Assembly (NCBI GenBank): GCA_964615335.1
Contig: CAZTMT010000001.1
Span: 68,248 to 132,247, forward strand
DNA length: 64,000 nt
Source: an uncultured Clostridia bacterium
GTDB lineage: Bacteria; Acidobacteriota; Blastocatellia; HR10
Reading direction: 5' to 3'
Positions 52,146 to 61,913 of this stretch are shown here, piece after piece. Within the stretch, counting starts at the first letter, position 1. Every line of letters begins with the position of its first letter. The translations under genes were made by a program, and so were the position numbers. The notes below the pieces were generated by a model. That model was not told where the DNA came from. It ran no database searches and saw only the letters and a program-made list of their open reading frames with translations.

Positions 52146-53657
52146 CTACGGCTGAGCCGGCGCATTCTCGGACCAGGAGCGCCAGGCGCGCGCCAGAGCG
52201 CGACGGCTCGCCCGTATCTCAGCCAGCAGTGTTCCCCTTTCCAGAACGAGCAAGACGGCACCGTAAAGCAGTATCCCCAATCCCGCGACCGCGCATAGCG
52301 AAGGAAGGTCACTCACCATGGGCCGGGCCAGCGCTCGCAGGACCAGCAGCGTGATCCCCCCGGCTACGATCGGGCGAACGAGCGCGTGCGTCCAATTCAC
52401 CGGCGCATTCGCGGCGAGCTTCCCGATGAGCCAGGCGACTGGAATCCAGACGCTCACCCCGTAGGCCAGGGCCACGCCCGTGAATCCGTAGCGAGATGTC
52501 AGAAGAAGCGCCGCCGCCCAATCGCTCGCCGTCCATACCGTCAGGATTTTCAGCGAATCGCGCGGGCGTCCCAGGGCATTGAGTGCCGCAATGAGCGGCG
52601 TCGTGATATTCCCCCCGAGCATGCGCGCGGCGAATCCGTAGAAGGCGGGGATGGCCGGAGCCCATCGGTTCGTGTAGAGGAACGCGACAATCCAGGGGAT
52701 CAATCCCGTCGCCACGGCCAGAAGCGGTGTCGTCATGAGCATGAGAGCGCGCAGCATCGTCCCGAGCATCCGGCCGAAAGCCTCGCGGTCCTCGCGGACG
52801 CGAGAGAGCGAAGGGAAACTCACGCGGCTGATGGCCTGCGTGAAGACTTGGCTCGTTTGATACGCCATCCCATGAGCCCAGTTCAAAAACCCGACGGCGC
52901 GCGGGCCGAAAAGAGGTCCGGCCAGAAGCGACGCCATATGATCGCGAAGAAGCGACGTCCACACCCCCAGTTGAAAGGGCGCGCCGAACCGAAGCGAAGC
53001 GCGCAGCACGGAAACATCCCAGGTGAGTCCCATGGGCCAGAAGGCTCTCGCGCAGAGGGAGATCGCGCGCACCCCTTCACCGACCAGAGCGCCCACGATG
53101 AAGCTCCAGACACCACATCCCCAGTAGGCGAGCGCAAGGGCTGTCACCTGAAAGACCACTGTGGCGAGAACCTCAATCCGGGCCAGAGACGGATACGCTA
53201 AGGCGCGTTCCAGAAGCATCATGGAGATCGAGCCCAGGGTGCCCAGTGGGAGAACAAGAGCCAGCCAGGGAATGACGCGGGACGTGGACTCGTTCAGATG
53301 AAAGATCCGGGCCAGCTCGGGAGTCAACCCCAGAAGCAGCAGGACCAGCGCAAAAGAGAGCGCGAGTCGGACGGTGAAGACCGTTCGAAGCTCAACGCGC
53401 GTCGGAGACTCGCGTTTTTGAATGAGCGCAGCGGCGAGCCCGAAGTCGCTGAATTGCGTGGCCGTCGCGATGAGAAAATTCGCAATGGCATACGCGCCGA
53501 AGTCTGCCGGTGTGAGCCACCGGGCCAGCAAAATGTTGGCGAGCAATCCCACGGGGACAAGGAGCGCATGCCGAAAGAACATGGCCAGCGCTCCTTGGAT
53601 CGTACGATCGGCGATCACCGTGAATGTCGGCGCTTTGTCTGCGGCCTGGGCCTCCAT
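52146..53657 (-). CDS. Oligosaccharide flippase (Wzx/PST family)
   Basis: LARWLTPADFG, FSDFGLAAALIQ, WSFIVG, about 12-14 TM helices. Confidence 0.9.
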   Translation of the reverse strand: MEAQAADKAPTFTVIADRTIQGALAMFFRHALLVPVGLLANILLARWLTPADFGAYAIANFLIATATQFSDFGLAAALIQKRESPTRVELRTVFTVRLALSFALVLLLLGLTPELARIFHLNESTSRVIPWLALVLPLGTLGSISMMLLERALAYPSLARIEVLATVVFQVTALALAYWGCGVWSFIVGALVGEGVRAISLCARAFWPMGLTWDVSVLRASLRFGAPFQLGVWTSLLRDHMASLLAGPLFGPRAVGFLNWAHGMAYQTSQVFTQAISRVSFPSLSRVREDREAFGRMLGTMLRALMLMTTPLLAVATGLIPWIVAFLYTNRWAPAIPAFYGFAARMLGGNITTPLIAALNALGRPRDSLKILTVWTASDWAAALLLTSRYGFTGVALAYGVSVWIPVAWLIGKLAANAPVNWTHALVRPIVAGGITLLVLRALARPMVSDLPSLCAVAGLGILLYGAVLLVLERGTLLAEIRASRRALARAWRSWSENAPAQP

Positions 53658-53745
53658 GCGCGCGTTTTATCCTAGCATAAAGATTGAAAGGGACGAAGAA
53701 GTGACGTATGATTTCCTCTCCATCCCCGGCAAGGGAGGTTGCTCT

Positions 53746-54054
53746 ATGGGACAGTTCATCAAAGTCGCGCGGACCGATGAAGTGGCCCCCGATCAGGCGA
53801 AGCTCATCGAGGTCGAAGGCAAACGCATCGCCCTCTTTAACCTGGGGGGAGCGTTCTACGCCATTGACGATGTCTGCCCGCATCGTGGAGGCCCCCTCTC
53901 GGAGGGATCTGTCCAGGGGGATGTCGTCACCTGTCCCTGGCACGGAGCGCGCTTCCGCATCCCGACGGGCGAGGTCCTCGGCCCTCCGGCCACGCAGGGC
54001 GTCACCTGTTATCCCGTGCGCGTGCAGGGCGTGGAGATCGAAATTGAGATCTGA
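53746..54054 (+). CDS. Rieske-type [2Fe-2S] ferredoxin
   Basis: DDVCPHRGGPL and VTCPWHGARF; 102 aa. ATG 53746 with GGGAGG RBS. Confidence 0.95.
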   Translation: MGQFIKVARTDEVAPDQAKLIEVEGKRIALFNLGGAFYAIDDVCPHRGGPLSEGSVQGDVVTCPWHGARFRIPTGEVLGPPATQGVTCYPVRVQGVEIEIEI

Positions 54055-54072
54055 GCCCGAGACGACAAAAGG

Positions 54073-54765
54073 GTGGCGGAGAAGATGATGTCCGGCGCGA
54101 GCGCGTCGTTCACCGAGCAGCTCTGGAGGGAAGCCGAACCGGTCTTTCAGGCGATCCTGCGACATCCGTTTCTCCTCGGACTGACCGAGGGTACGCTGGA
54201 CCGCGGGCGCTTTGAGTTCTACGTCGTTCAGGATGCTCTCTATCTGAGGGAATTCGCACGAGCGCTTTCGATCGCAGCGGCCAAGGCGCCGCAGGAGGAA
54301 TGGATCATCCTGTTCAACGAACATGCCGCCGGCGCGCTGCGCGTCGAGCGCGCTTTACATGAGAGCTTCTTCCGCGATCTCGGTCTCTCGGAGGAAGCCG
54401 TGCGCGCGACGCCTCTGGCGCCGACCAACCTCGCCTACACGAGCTATCTTCTGGCCGTCGCCTATGGGCGGCCGTTTCACGAAGTGGTGGCCGCGCTGCT
54501 GCCTTGCTATTGGATCTACGGAGAAGTCGGAAAGGCGTTGGAAGCGCGCGGCTCTCCGAACCCATTGTACGAGCGCTGGATCCGCACCTACGCGAGCGAG
54601 GAGTTCGCGGCGATCGTGCGCGCCGTTCGGGAGCTGACCGATCGCGTGGCGCGCACCCTGGGTCCCGAGGACCATGAGAGGATGCGAGAGCATTTCCGGG
54701 TGACGAGCCGATACGAGTGGATGTTCTGGGATATGGCTTATCGGCTCGAGCGGTGGCCCGTATGA
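54073..54765 (+). CDS. tenA: Thiaminase II / aminopyrimidine aminohydrolase
   Basis: HPFL..L..GTL, YVVQDALYL, AYTSYL, LLPCYWIY (catalytic Cys), YERWIRTY, EWMFWDMAY. Start GTG 54073 or ATG 54085/54088. Confidence 0.93.
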   Translation: MAEKMMSGASASFTEQLWREAEPVFQAILRHPFLLGLTEGTLDRGRFEFYVVQDALYLREFARALSIAAAKAPQEEWIILFNEHAAGALRVERALHESFFRDLGLSEEAVRATPLAPTNLAYTSYLLAVAYGRPFHEVVAALLPCYWIYGEVGKALEARGSPNPLYERWIRTYASEEFAAIVRAVRELTDRVARTLGPEDHERMREHFRVTSRYEWMFWDMAYRLERWPV

Positions 54766-55295
54766 GAGGCGAGGGGAGAGAAGTGCTCCCTGTGATCGTG
54801 CTCAGCGCGTGGCTCATGGGGAGTCTGGTCATCGCGTTCGTCGCCACGCAGAATTTCCGCGCCGTGGATCGCGTCTTGCAGGCCGCACCGGATCATCCGG
54901 AATTAGCCCGGCAGATCGAGCGCATGGGCGCGACCGACGTGCGCTTGCTCTTGCGCCATCTCGCGTCGGAGATGAACCGCTTCTACTTTCGCGCGTGGGG
55001 ATGGAGTCAACTGCTCCTGGCGCTCCTTCTGCTCGGTGGGCTGTGGAGAAGCGGTTGGCCGGATCGCGTGGTCTCTGGTTCCGTCTTGGCCATGCTCGCG
55101 ATCGTTCTTGTTTTCGTCTTCTCTCTCACGCCGGCGATTGTCGCGATGGGGCGTCAGCTTGATTTCGCCCCCCGAAATCCCCCTCCTCCGAGCTACGCCC
55201 ACTTCTGGCGCCTGCACATGGCTTATACGCTTTTGGACCTCGTGAAGATGGGGCTGGGCGTGCTCTCCCTCATCCGCCTGGTGCGCTCTCTGTAG
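54762..55295 (+). CDS. Four-TM membrane protein (DUF4149/TMEM205-like)
   Basis: ATG 54762 overlaps the tenA stop (ATGA); four hydrophobic helices; FWRLH motif near the C-terminus. Confidence 0.7.
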   Translation: MRGEGREVLPVIVLSAWLMGSLVIAFVATQNFRAVDRVLQAAPDHPELARQIERMGATDVRLLLRHLASEMNRFYFRAWGWSQLLLALLLLGGLWRSGWPDRVVSGSVLAMLAIVLVFVFSLTPAIVAMGRQLDFAPRNPPPPSYAHFWRLHMAYTLLDLVKMGLGVLSLIRLVRSL

Positions 55296-55328
55296 AGCGT
55301 GGCTCTATCTGGTCGGCCGTTCGGCAGA

Positions 55329-56813
55329 TCACCCTTGGCTCAGGATCTTGCGGAGTAGCTCGGTGACCAGATGGGGATTCGCCCGGCCTTGTGTCTCTCT
55401 CATGATCTGTCCGACGAAGAAGCCGAAGAGCTTCTCCTTGCCAGCGCGATACTGTTGGACATAGGCGGCGTTGGCCTCCAGAACGCGGCGAATGACGGAC
55501 TCCAGTTGCGCCGCATCCGTGATCTGAACGAGCCCCTTCTCGCGCACGATCTCTTCGGCCGCACGGCCGCTTCGGAACATCTCTTCGAGGACGGTCTTGG
55601 CGATCTTGCCGCTGATCGTCCCCTGGGCGATCAGGCGGATCAGATCGGCGAGCCGGTGCGGAGTGACCGGGGACGCGAAGGGCTCGATCCCGGCCGCCCG
55701 GGCGAGCCCCATCAGTTCGCTCAAAATCCAGTTGGCCGACGCCCGCGGATCGCCCGTCTCGCGAACGACGGCTTCGTAGTAATCGGCCAGGGCGCGCGTG
55801 CTGGTGAGCGTCGCCGCTTCTTCCAGAGAGAGGCCGTACTGCTCCATGAATCGCCATCGCCGATGATTGGGCAGCTCGGGCAGCTCGCGCCGGATCTCCT
55901 CGATCCATTCTTCGGTCACAATAAGCGGAGGGAGATCGGGTTCCGGGAAATACCGGTAATCGTGAGCCTCTTCCTTGGTGCGCATGACGTAGGTCCGGCC
56001 CTCGGCTTCATTCCACAGGCGCGTCTCTTGCACGATCTGTCCCCCACTTTCGAGCACCTCGATTTGCCGGGCGATCTCGTACTCCAGAGCGCGCTGCAGG
56101 AAGCGAAACGAATTCAAGTTCTTCAGCTCGACTTTCGTCCCCAGATGGGTCTCTCCCCGCCGCCTCACCGAGACATTGGCATCGCAGCGGAGGTTCCCTT
56201 CCTCCATGTTCCCCTCGCAGACGCCCACATACTGGAGCGCTTGCCGCAGATAGTGCATGTAATCGTAGGCTTCCCAACTGGAGCGAAAGTCGGGCTCCGA
56301 GACAATCTCGATCAGGGGAACGCCGCTGCGGTTGAATTCGATGTAGGAGGCTCGATCCGAATCGGGCATTCCATCGTGAAGAGATTTGCCGGCGTCCTCT
56401 TCGATGTGAAGCCGACGGATGCGGAAGCGTTTCCGTCGCCATGCGATGGGACGCCCATGCTCATCGCGCTCGGCGGTGTCGATCTCCACCTCGCCGTGTT
56501 CGGAGAACGGTTGATCGTATTGCGAGATCTGATAACCCTTGGGCAGATCGGGGTAGAAGTAGTTCTTCCGGGAGAAGACGGAGACGCGATTGATCCGACA
56601 TCCGAGAGCCAGCGCCGCTTTCGCCGCCATGCGCACGGCCTCCCGATTCAAGACGGGCAGCGCCCCGGGAAGGCCCAGGCAGACGGGACAGGTATTCTCG
56701 TTGGGCGCCTCTCCGAACTGCGTCGCACATCCGCAGAAGATCTTCGAGCGCGTCTTCAGTTGCGCATGGATCTCCAGGCCGATGACGGCCTCATAGTCCT
56801 CTCGTCTCGCCAT
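55329..56813 (-). CDS. gatB: Asp/Glu-tRNA amidotransferase subunit B
   Basis: VIGLEIHAQL, CLGLPGALP, RKNYFYPDLPKGYQISQ, HIEEDAGK, NRSGVPLIEIV, ELKNLNSF, YRYFPEPDL, GFFVGQIM. ATG 56813. Confidence 0.97.
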   Translation of the reverse strand: MARREDYEAVIGLEIHAQLKTRSKIFCGCATQFGEAPNENTCPVCLGLPGALPVLNREAVRMAAKAALALGCRINRVSVFSRKNYFYPDLPKGYQISQYDQPFSEHGEVEIDTAERDEHGRPIAWRRKRFRIRRLHIEEDAGKSLHDGMPDSDRASYIEFNRSGVPLIEIVSEPDFRSSWEAYDYMHYLRQALQYVGVCEGNMEEGNLRCDANVSVRRRGETHLGTKVELKNLNSFRFLQRALEYEIARQIEVLESGGQIVQETRLWNEAEGRTYVMRTKEEAHDYRYFPEPDLPPLIVTEEWIEEIRRELPELPNHRRWRFMEQYGLSLEEAATLTSTRALADYYEAVVRETGDPRASANWILSELMGLARAAGIEPFASPVTPHRLADLIRLIAQGTISGKIAKTVLEEMFRSGRAAEEIVREKGLVQITDAAQLESVIRRVLEANAAYVQQYRAGKEKLFGFFVGQIMRETQGRANPHLVTELLRKILSQG

Positions 56814-56857
56814 ACGCTCTCCATTGTAGCAAACGCACGGTCCCCGGACGAGAGTCC

Positions 56858-59800
56858 TCAAGGGCTCCGCTCGTTCACCCGTCGGATCTCGCAGCGTCCA
56901 AGGCAGCGTTCGATCTCGGCGAGGGCCTCGGGCGAGGGTTTGATCTTCACAAACGAATTCGGGCGAATGCGCACGAGAATCCCCTCGGCGCATTCGACTT
57001 CGAAGAGGACGTCGGCCGATCCCCTGTGGCGCTCCAGGACGCCGTAGAGCAGGTCCACCCGCGCGGGAGTTATCTCTTCGGATTTCACCCGAATGAGCAC
57101 GAGCTTCGTTTTGCGCTCTTTCAACTCCTCCAGAGTCATGATCTCCTCGGCGATCAACGTGGCCGTGTTCTCTTCCAGTTGCAGCTTCCCCCGCACGACC
57201 ACGAGAGCATCGTTTCGAAGCAGTCCGTTCGCCCGGGCGAACGTCTCGGGCCAGACCAGAACCCGAAGCGAGCCATATTGATCCTCCAGGGTGAGGAGGG
57301 CGAAGCGGTCTCCGCGTTTGGTCGTCTTGAGCGAGAGGGCGGTGACGATCCCCGCGATAGTGATGGAGCGACCGGCCATCGCCTGCAGGCGCGCTGCGCG
57401 CTCCAGTTGGGCAGAGGGCGCCGCGTCTTCGGACTCTCCCTCTTCCCCTTCCACGAGGAGGCCATCCCCCGCGGAGTCCGCTTTGATCTCGGGGGCGCTC
57501 ACCAGATGTTCGGTCGTCGTATCGGTGTAGAGCGCGATCTCCTCGGCATATTTCTCCAGGGGATGCCCGGTCACGTAAAATCCCAAGGTCTCCTTCTCGC
57601 CGGCCAGGCGTTCTTCCAGGGGCCATTCCGGAAGGTCAGGAAGTTGAGGCTCCAGCTCCGAAGCGGCCGCTTCGGTCGGTGCGGCGAAGAGTCCGAACTG
57701 ACCCATGGCGCGCTCTCGCCCCCGACGCGCGCCGTATTCCAGGGCGCGATCCACGGCGGCGAACAGTTGACTTCGGGAGGCTCCGAGCGAGTCGAAGGCC
57801 CCCGCTTTGATCAGGCTCTCCAAAACGCGCTTGTTCAACACACGGTGATCCACGCGCGCGGCAAAATCAAAGAGCGAGCGAAAGTGGCCCGCTTCGCGCG
57901 CGGCCAGGATCGCCTGCACAGTCGCCTGGCCCAGGCCCTTGATGGCCGCCAGACCGAACCGGATCTTCCCGCCCACGGGAGTGAAGCCCTCGCGACTCAT
58001 GTTCACGTCCGGCGGGAGAATCTCAATGCCCCGCGCGCGCGCGCGGTTGATGTACTTCACGACCTTGTCCGTGTTATTGAGTTCGTTGGAGAGGACGGCT
58101 GCGTAAAAGTACGTGGGATAATGAGCCTTCAAGTAGGCCGTCTGATAGGCGAGATAACTGTAGGCGACGGCATGCGATTTGTTGAAGGCATAATCGGCGA
58201 AGCCCTCCAGTTGGTGCCACAGCTTCTCCAGCTTCGCCCGATCATGTCCGCGCGCCATGGCTCGCGTGAGAAACGCCTCGCGATGCCGGTCCAGTTCCTC
58301 CCGCTTCTTCTTCCCCATCGCGCGACGGATGAGATCGGCTTCCCCCAGCGAGTATCCGGCGAGCTTCTGAAAGAGCGCCATGACCTGCTCTTGATAGATG
58401 GGGATGCCGTAGGTGCTCTGGAGCACCTCGCGCGCTTCGGGAAAATCATAGGTGACGCGCCGTCGTCCCTGCCGGCGCTCGATGAAATCCTCGACCATTC
58501 CGCTATCGAGCGGCCCCGGGCGATAGAGGGCGTTGAGCGCGACCAGATCCTCAAAGCATTGCGGCTTGAGCCTCCGGCACAGCTCTCGAATCCCTTCTCC
58601 CTCGAACTGGAAGATGGCATCGGTGTCCCCTTCGGCGAAGAGTTCGAAGGTCTTCTTGTCATCCAGAGGGATTCGCGAGAGGTCGGGTCGCTGTCCCTCT
58701 TCCGCTTCGATCATCCTCAGGCAGTCCTCGATGATCGTGAGCGTCGTCAGAGCCAGGAAGTCCATCTTCAGCATGCCCGTCTTTTCCAGATCCGCGAGGG
58801 CGAACTGCGTCGTGATCTCTCCCCGGGGCGTCTTGTAGACCGGGATGAGGTCATGCAGAGGACGTGGGGAGATCACAATGCCGGCCGCGTGAATCGAGGC
58901 GTGGCGCGCGCATCCCTCCAGACGACGGGCCAGATCCATGAGTTCCCGAACCTGCGCGTTCTTCTCGATGAGTTGTTTCAGCTCCGGACTTCGGGCGATG
59001 GCTTCCTCGAGGCTCACGTTGCGGCCTCGGATCGGAGGGGGGATGAGAGAGGCGACCTTCTCGACGTCGGCATATTTCATGTCCAGAGCGCGCCCGACAT
59101 CCTTGATGACGGCGCGCGAGGCGAGCGTCCCGAAGGTGATGATCTGGCAGACGTTCTCCCGCCCGTACATCTCGCTCACATAGGCGATGACGTCCTGCCG
59201 TCCGCGCATGCAGAAATCAATGTCAATATCGGGCATCGTGACGCGTTCCGGCGAGAGGAAGCGTTCGAACAGAAGATCGTACTGGATCGGATCCACGTCC
59301 GTGATCCGCAGGCAATAAGCCACGAGACTGCCGGCCGCGCTGCCGCGTCCCGGGCCGACGGGAATCCCCTTCTGCCGCGCATAGCGGACGAGATCCCACA
59401 CGATCAGGAAATATCCGGCAAACCCCATCTGCTGAATCGTGCGAATCTCATACTCCAGGCGTTGCTCGTACACCGAGAGGGGATACTTGAGTTCCCCCCG
59501 CGCGGCCTTCTCCTGCCACTGGGGCATCCGCTCGGTGAATCCGTCGCGCACCACTTTCTCGAAGTAGCTCTCCGTGGTGAATCCTTCGGGGACGGGAAAG
59601 ACGGGAAGGTATCCGACGCCGGGCGGTTTCGGCAGCTCCAGACGGCAGCGCTCGGCCACCCTCAGGGTGTTGCGAAGGGCTTCCGGAAGCTCATTCCCGA
59701 AGAGCTGCCACATCTCCTCCGCCGATTTGAAATAGAGCTGATCCGAGGGATAGTGCAGGCGATTCGTCTCTTTGATCGTCTTCCCCGTCCCGATGCACAG

Positions 59801-60475
59801 AAGCACATCGTGAGCGCGGGAGTCTTCGCGTCGGAGATAGTGGCAGTCGTTGGTGACGATGAGCGGAATGCCCGTTTTCCGAGAGAGTTCAACGAGCGCG
59901 CGCGCGACCTCCCGTTGCTCCGGAATCCCATGATCTTGGATCTCCAGGAAGTAGTTCCCCCGCCCGAAGATGTCCTGAAATTCCAGCGCCTGACGCGCGG
60001 CCTCTTCCTCTCGTCCGTGCCGCAGCAGAGCGGCCGGAACCCCCGAGAGGCAGGAGGAGAGGGCGATCAGACCTTCGTGATACTGCGCAAGAAGCTCCTT
60101 ATCCATGCGCGGCTTGTAATGAAACCCCTCCAGATAGGAGAGCGAGCTGAGCTTCACCAGATTTCGGTATCCCTTCTCATCCTGCGCCAGCAAGATGATG
60201 TGATAGATCGCCTTGCCGGCCTCCGGAGTGTGAGCCGAGCGATCGCGACGATCCCCCAGGGTCAGATAAGCCTCGATGCCGATAATGGGATTAACGCCGA
60301 CGGCCTTCATGGCATGGTAGAACGAGATGGCCCCGAAGAGATTCCCATGGTCGGTCACGGCCACCGCCGGCATCCGAAAGATCTCCGCCTGACGCGCGAG
60401 CGCTTCGATCTGAATCGCTCCATCCAGAAGGCTGTAGTCCGTGTGCACGTGCAGGTGAACGAACTCCTTGGCCAT
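56858..60475 (-). CDS. dnaE: DNA polymerase III alpha subunit
   Basis: PHP FVHLHVHTDYSLLDG, TDHGN, VGPGRGSAAGS, PDIDIDF, KMDFLAL, YAFNKSHA, LGFYVTGHPL, OB fold; no intein seen. Start ATG 60475 or 60481. Confidence 0.97.
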   Translation of the reverse strand: MAKEFVHLHVHTDYSLLDGAIQIEALARQAEIFRMPAVAVTDHGNLFGAISFYHAMKAVGVNPIIGIEAYLTLGDRRDRSAHTPEAGKAIYHIILLAQDEKGYRNLVKLSSLSYLEGFHYKPRMDKELLAQYHEGLIALSSCLSGVPAALLRHGREEEAARQALEFQDIFGRGNYFLEIQDHGIPEQREVARALVELSRKTGIPLIVTNDCHYLRREDSRAHDVLLCIGTGKTIKETNRLHYPSDQLYFKSAEEMWQLFGNELPEALRNTLRVAERCRLELPKPPGVGYLPVFPVPEGFTTESYFEKVVRDGFTERMPQWQEKAARGELKYPLSVYEQRLEYEIRTIQQMGFAGYFLIVWDLVRYARQKGIPVGPGRGSAAGSLVAYCLRITDVDPIQYDLLFERFLSPERVTMPDIDIDFCMRGRQDVIAYVSEMYGRENVCQIITFGTLASRAVIKDVGRALDMKYADVEKVASLIPPPIRGRNVSLEEAIARSPELKQLIEKNAQVRELMDLARRLEGCARHASIHAAGIVISPRPLHDLIPVYKTPRGEITTQFALADLEKTGMLKMDFLALTTLTIIEDCLRMIEAEEGQRPDLSRIPLDDKKTFELFAEGDTDAIFQFEGEGIRELCRRLKPQCFEDLVALNALYRPGPLDSGMVEDFIERRQGRRRVTYDFPEAREVLQSTYGIPIYQEQVMALFQKLAGYSLGEADLIRRAMGKKKREELDRHREAFLTRAMARGHDRAKLEKLWHQLEGFADYAFNKSHAVAYSYLAYQTAYLKAHYPTYFYAAVLSNELNNTDKVVKYINRARARGIEILPPDVNMSREGFTPVGGKIRFGLAAIKGLGQATVQAILAAREAGHFRSLFDFAARVDHRVLNKRVLESLIKAGAFDSLGASRSQLFAAVDRALEYGARRGRERAMGQFGLFAAPTEAAASELEPQLPDLPEWPLEERLAGEKETLGFYVTGHPLEKYAEEIALYTDTTTEHLVSAPEIKADSAGDGLLVEGEEGESEDAAPSAQLERAARLQAMAGRSITIAGIVTALSLKTTKRGDRFALLTLEDQYGSLRVLVWPETFARANGLLRNDALVVVRGKLQLEENTATLIAEEIMTLEELKERKTKLVLIRVKSEEITPARVDLLYGVLERHRGSADVLFEVECAEGILVRIRPNSFVKIKPSPEALAEIERCLGRCEIRRVNERSP

Positions 60476-60655
60476 CGCCATGCTCCCCCAAGCGAATGTG
60501 TCCAACGGCCCTTACTATATCAAAATCTTGTGGGGCGCCGTCAAGGAGAACCTGAGGCCTCTGGGCGCCCAGCGCCTCCTCTCGCCTTGTCAGCCTTTCC
60601 TCCGCGCGTTAAGATTGCGTCCCTTAATGGCGAGGGATCGGGAAAGGCCCAGGTT

Positions 60656-60994
60656 ATGAAGCAGGTCATCGCGTTCATTCAACCCCAGCAGTTGGGGAGA
60701 GTCCTGGAGGCCCTGGATCATATCCCCGTGCGCGGCCTCTCGCTCAGCGAGGTGCGCGGGTTCGGTCGCGGGCGCGCTCAACTGTTGCGCGAGAGCCCCT
60801 CGGCCTCCGTGCGCCAGTTCAGCGCGAAGGTGAGGCTGGAGATCGTCTGTCGTGACGACGAGGCCGAAGAGATCGCGCGCACGATTCAGCGCGCCGCGCA
60901 CACGGGACGCCCCGGCGATGGGAAAATCTTCATCGCTCCCGTCGAGCGGGCCATCAGTATCGTGACCGGGGAGGAGGACGACGCCGCTCTCTGA
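60656..60994 (+). CDS. P-II family signal transduction protein (GlnB/GlnK-like, non-canonical T-loop)
   Basis: MKQVIAFIQP...SEVRGFGR...KVRLEIVC...TGRPGDGKIFI. ATG 60656, at the 3' end of the long spurious ORF 57026..60994. Confidence 0.92.
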   Translation: MKQVIAFIQPQQLGRVLEALDHIPVRGLSLSEVRGFGRGRAQLLRESPSASVRQFSAKVRLEIVCRDDEAEEIARTIQRAAHTGRPGDGKIFIAPVERAISIVTGEEDDAAL

Positions 60995-61037
60995 GAGCGA
61001 CGCGATCCTGACCTTGCCCGCTCGCGCGGGGGATCGT

Positions 61038-61820
61038 TCACCGGCCTGTGAACTGAGCCGGCCGCTTCTCCAGGAAAGCTCGCGTCCCCTCGCGGAAGTC
61101 CTCGGTCGTCGCGCAGAGCCCGAACAGAGCGGCTTCCAGAAGCAGGGCTTCCTCCAGCGGCATCTCCAGACCGGCGTTCACGGCTTCCAGACAGAGGCGG
61201 ACGGCCACCGGAGCATTGCTCAAAATCTGACGCGCTATCTTCTCGGCCGTCGGGATCAGCTCCTCGCGGCTCGTCACCCGATTCACCAGCCCGAGGCGAT
61301 AGGCCTCTTCGGCTGAGATCATCTCGCCTGTCAGAAGCAGCTCCAGCGCCCGCCCTTTCCCGATCAGGCGAGCCAGCCGTTGCGTCCCTCCGTATCCGGG
61401 GATGAGTCCGAGCCGCACCTCGGGCTGTCCCAATCGCGCGTTCTCCGACGCGATGCGGATCGTACACGCCATGGCCAGCTCGCATCCGCCGCCGAGCGCA
61501 TAGCCGTTGATCGCCGCGATGACGGGCTTGCCCAGCCGCTCGATGAACAGAAGCAATTGCTGCCCGAAGCGCGCCGTCTCCTTCCCCTGAAGGGGCCCCT
61601 GAACGGCCAGTTCCGTGATATCGGCTCCCGCGATGAACGCTTTGTCTCCGGCTCCCGTCAGGATGACGACGCCGACTTCTTCATCGTGAGCGATCTCGTG
61701 AAAGACCTCCCACAGCTCGCGCACCGTCGCGGCGTTTAAGGCGTTCAACTTCTCCGGGCGATTGATCGTGATATATCCGATCCGATCCCGCTTCTCATAC
61801 AGAAGGTTCTGATAGGGCAT
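61038..61820 (-). CDS. Enoyl-CoA hydratase (crotonase family)
   Basis: NRPEKLNALN, AFIAGADI, INGYALGGGCELAM, GQPEVRLGLIPGYGGTQRL. Confidence 0.95.
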   Translation of the reverse strand: MPYQNLLYEKRDRIGYITINRPEKLNALNAATVRELWEVFHEIAHDEEVGVVILTGAGDKAFIAGADITELAVQGPLQGKETARFGQQLLLFIERLGKPVIAAINGYALGGGCELAMACTIRIASENARLGQPEVRLGLIPGYGGTQRLARLIGKGRALELLLTGEMISAEEAYRLGLVNRVTSREELIPTAEKIARQILSNAPVAVRLCLEAVNAGLEMPLEEALLLEAALFGLCATTEDFREGTRAFLEKRPAQFTGR

Positions 61821-61913
61821 AAGTCCTCCTCCCGTGCCGAGATCCTCTCCAGAGGGTCGCGAAGCCCCCGTTGATCTGGTGCGCAGAACTCGGATGCGCG
61901 CATCCGATCCCGC

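Noticed and set aside
53658-53745. TPP riboswitch upstream of the tenA operon; Moco or glycine riboswitches upstream of moaA, mog and tdh
   Set aside because: No conserved aptamer motifs recognised and the intergenic spaces are short; an Rfam scan would be decisive.
55329-56813. gatB without adjacent gatA/gatC
   Set aside because: Split gatCAB arrangements are common; not informative from one window.
56858-60475. Possible intein in DnaE
   Set aside because: Length (about 1205 aa) is normal and no splicing or LAGLIDADG motifs are visible.
57026-60655. 1322-aa plus-strand ORF (57026..60994)
   Set aside because: Antisense shadow of dnaE caused by high-GC codon bias; only its last 112 codons (the P-II gene from ATG 60656) are a real protein.
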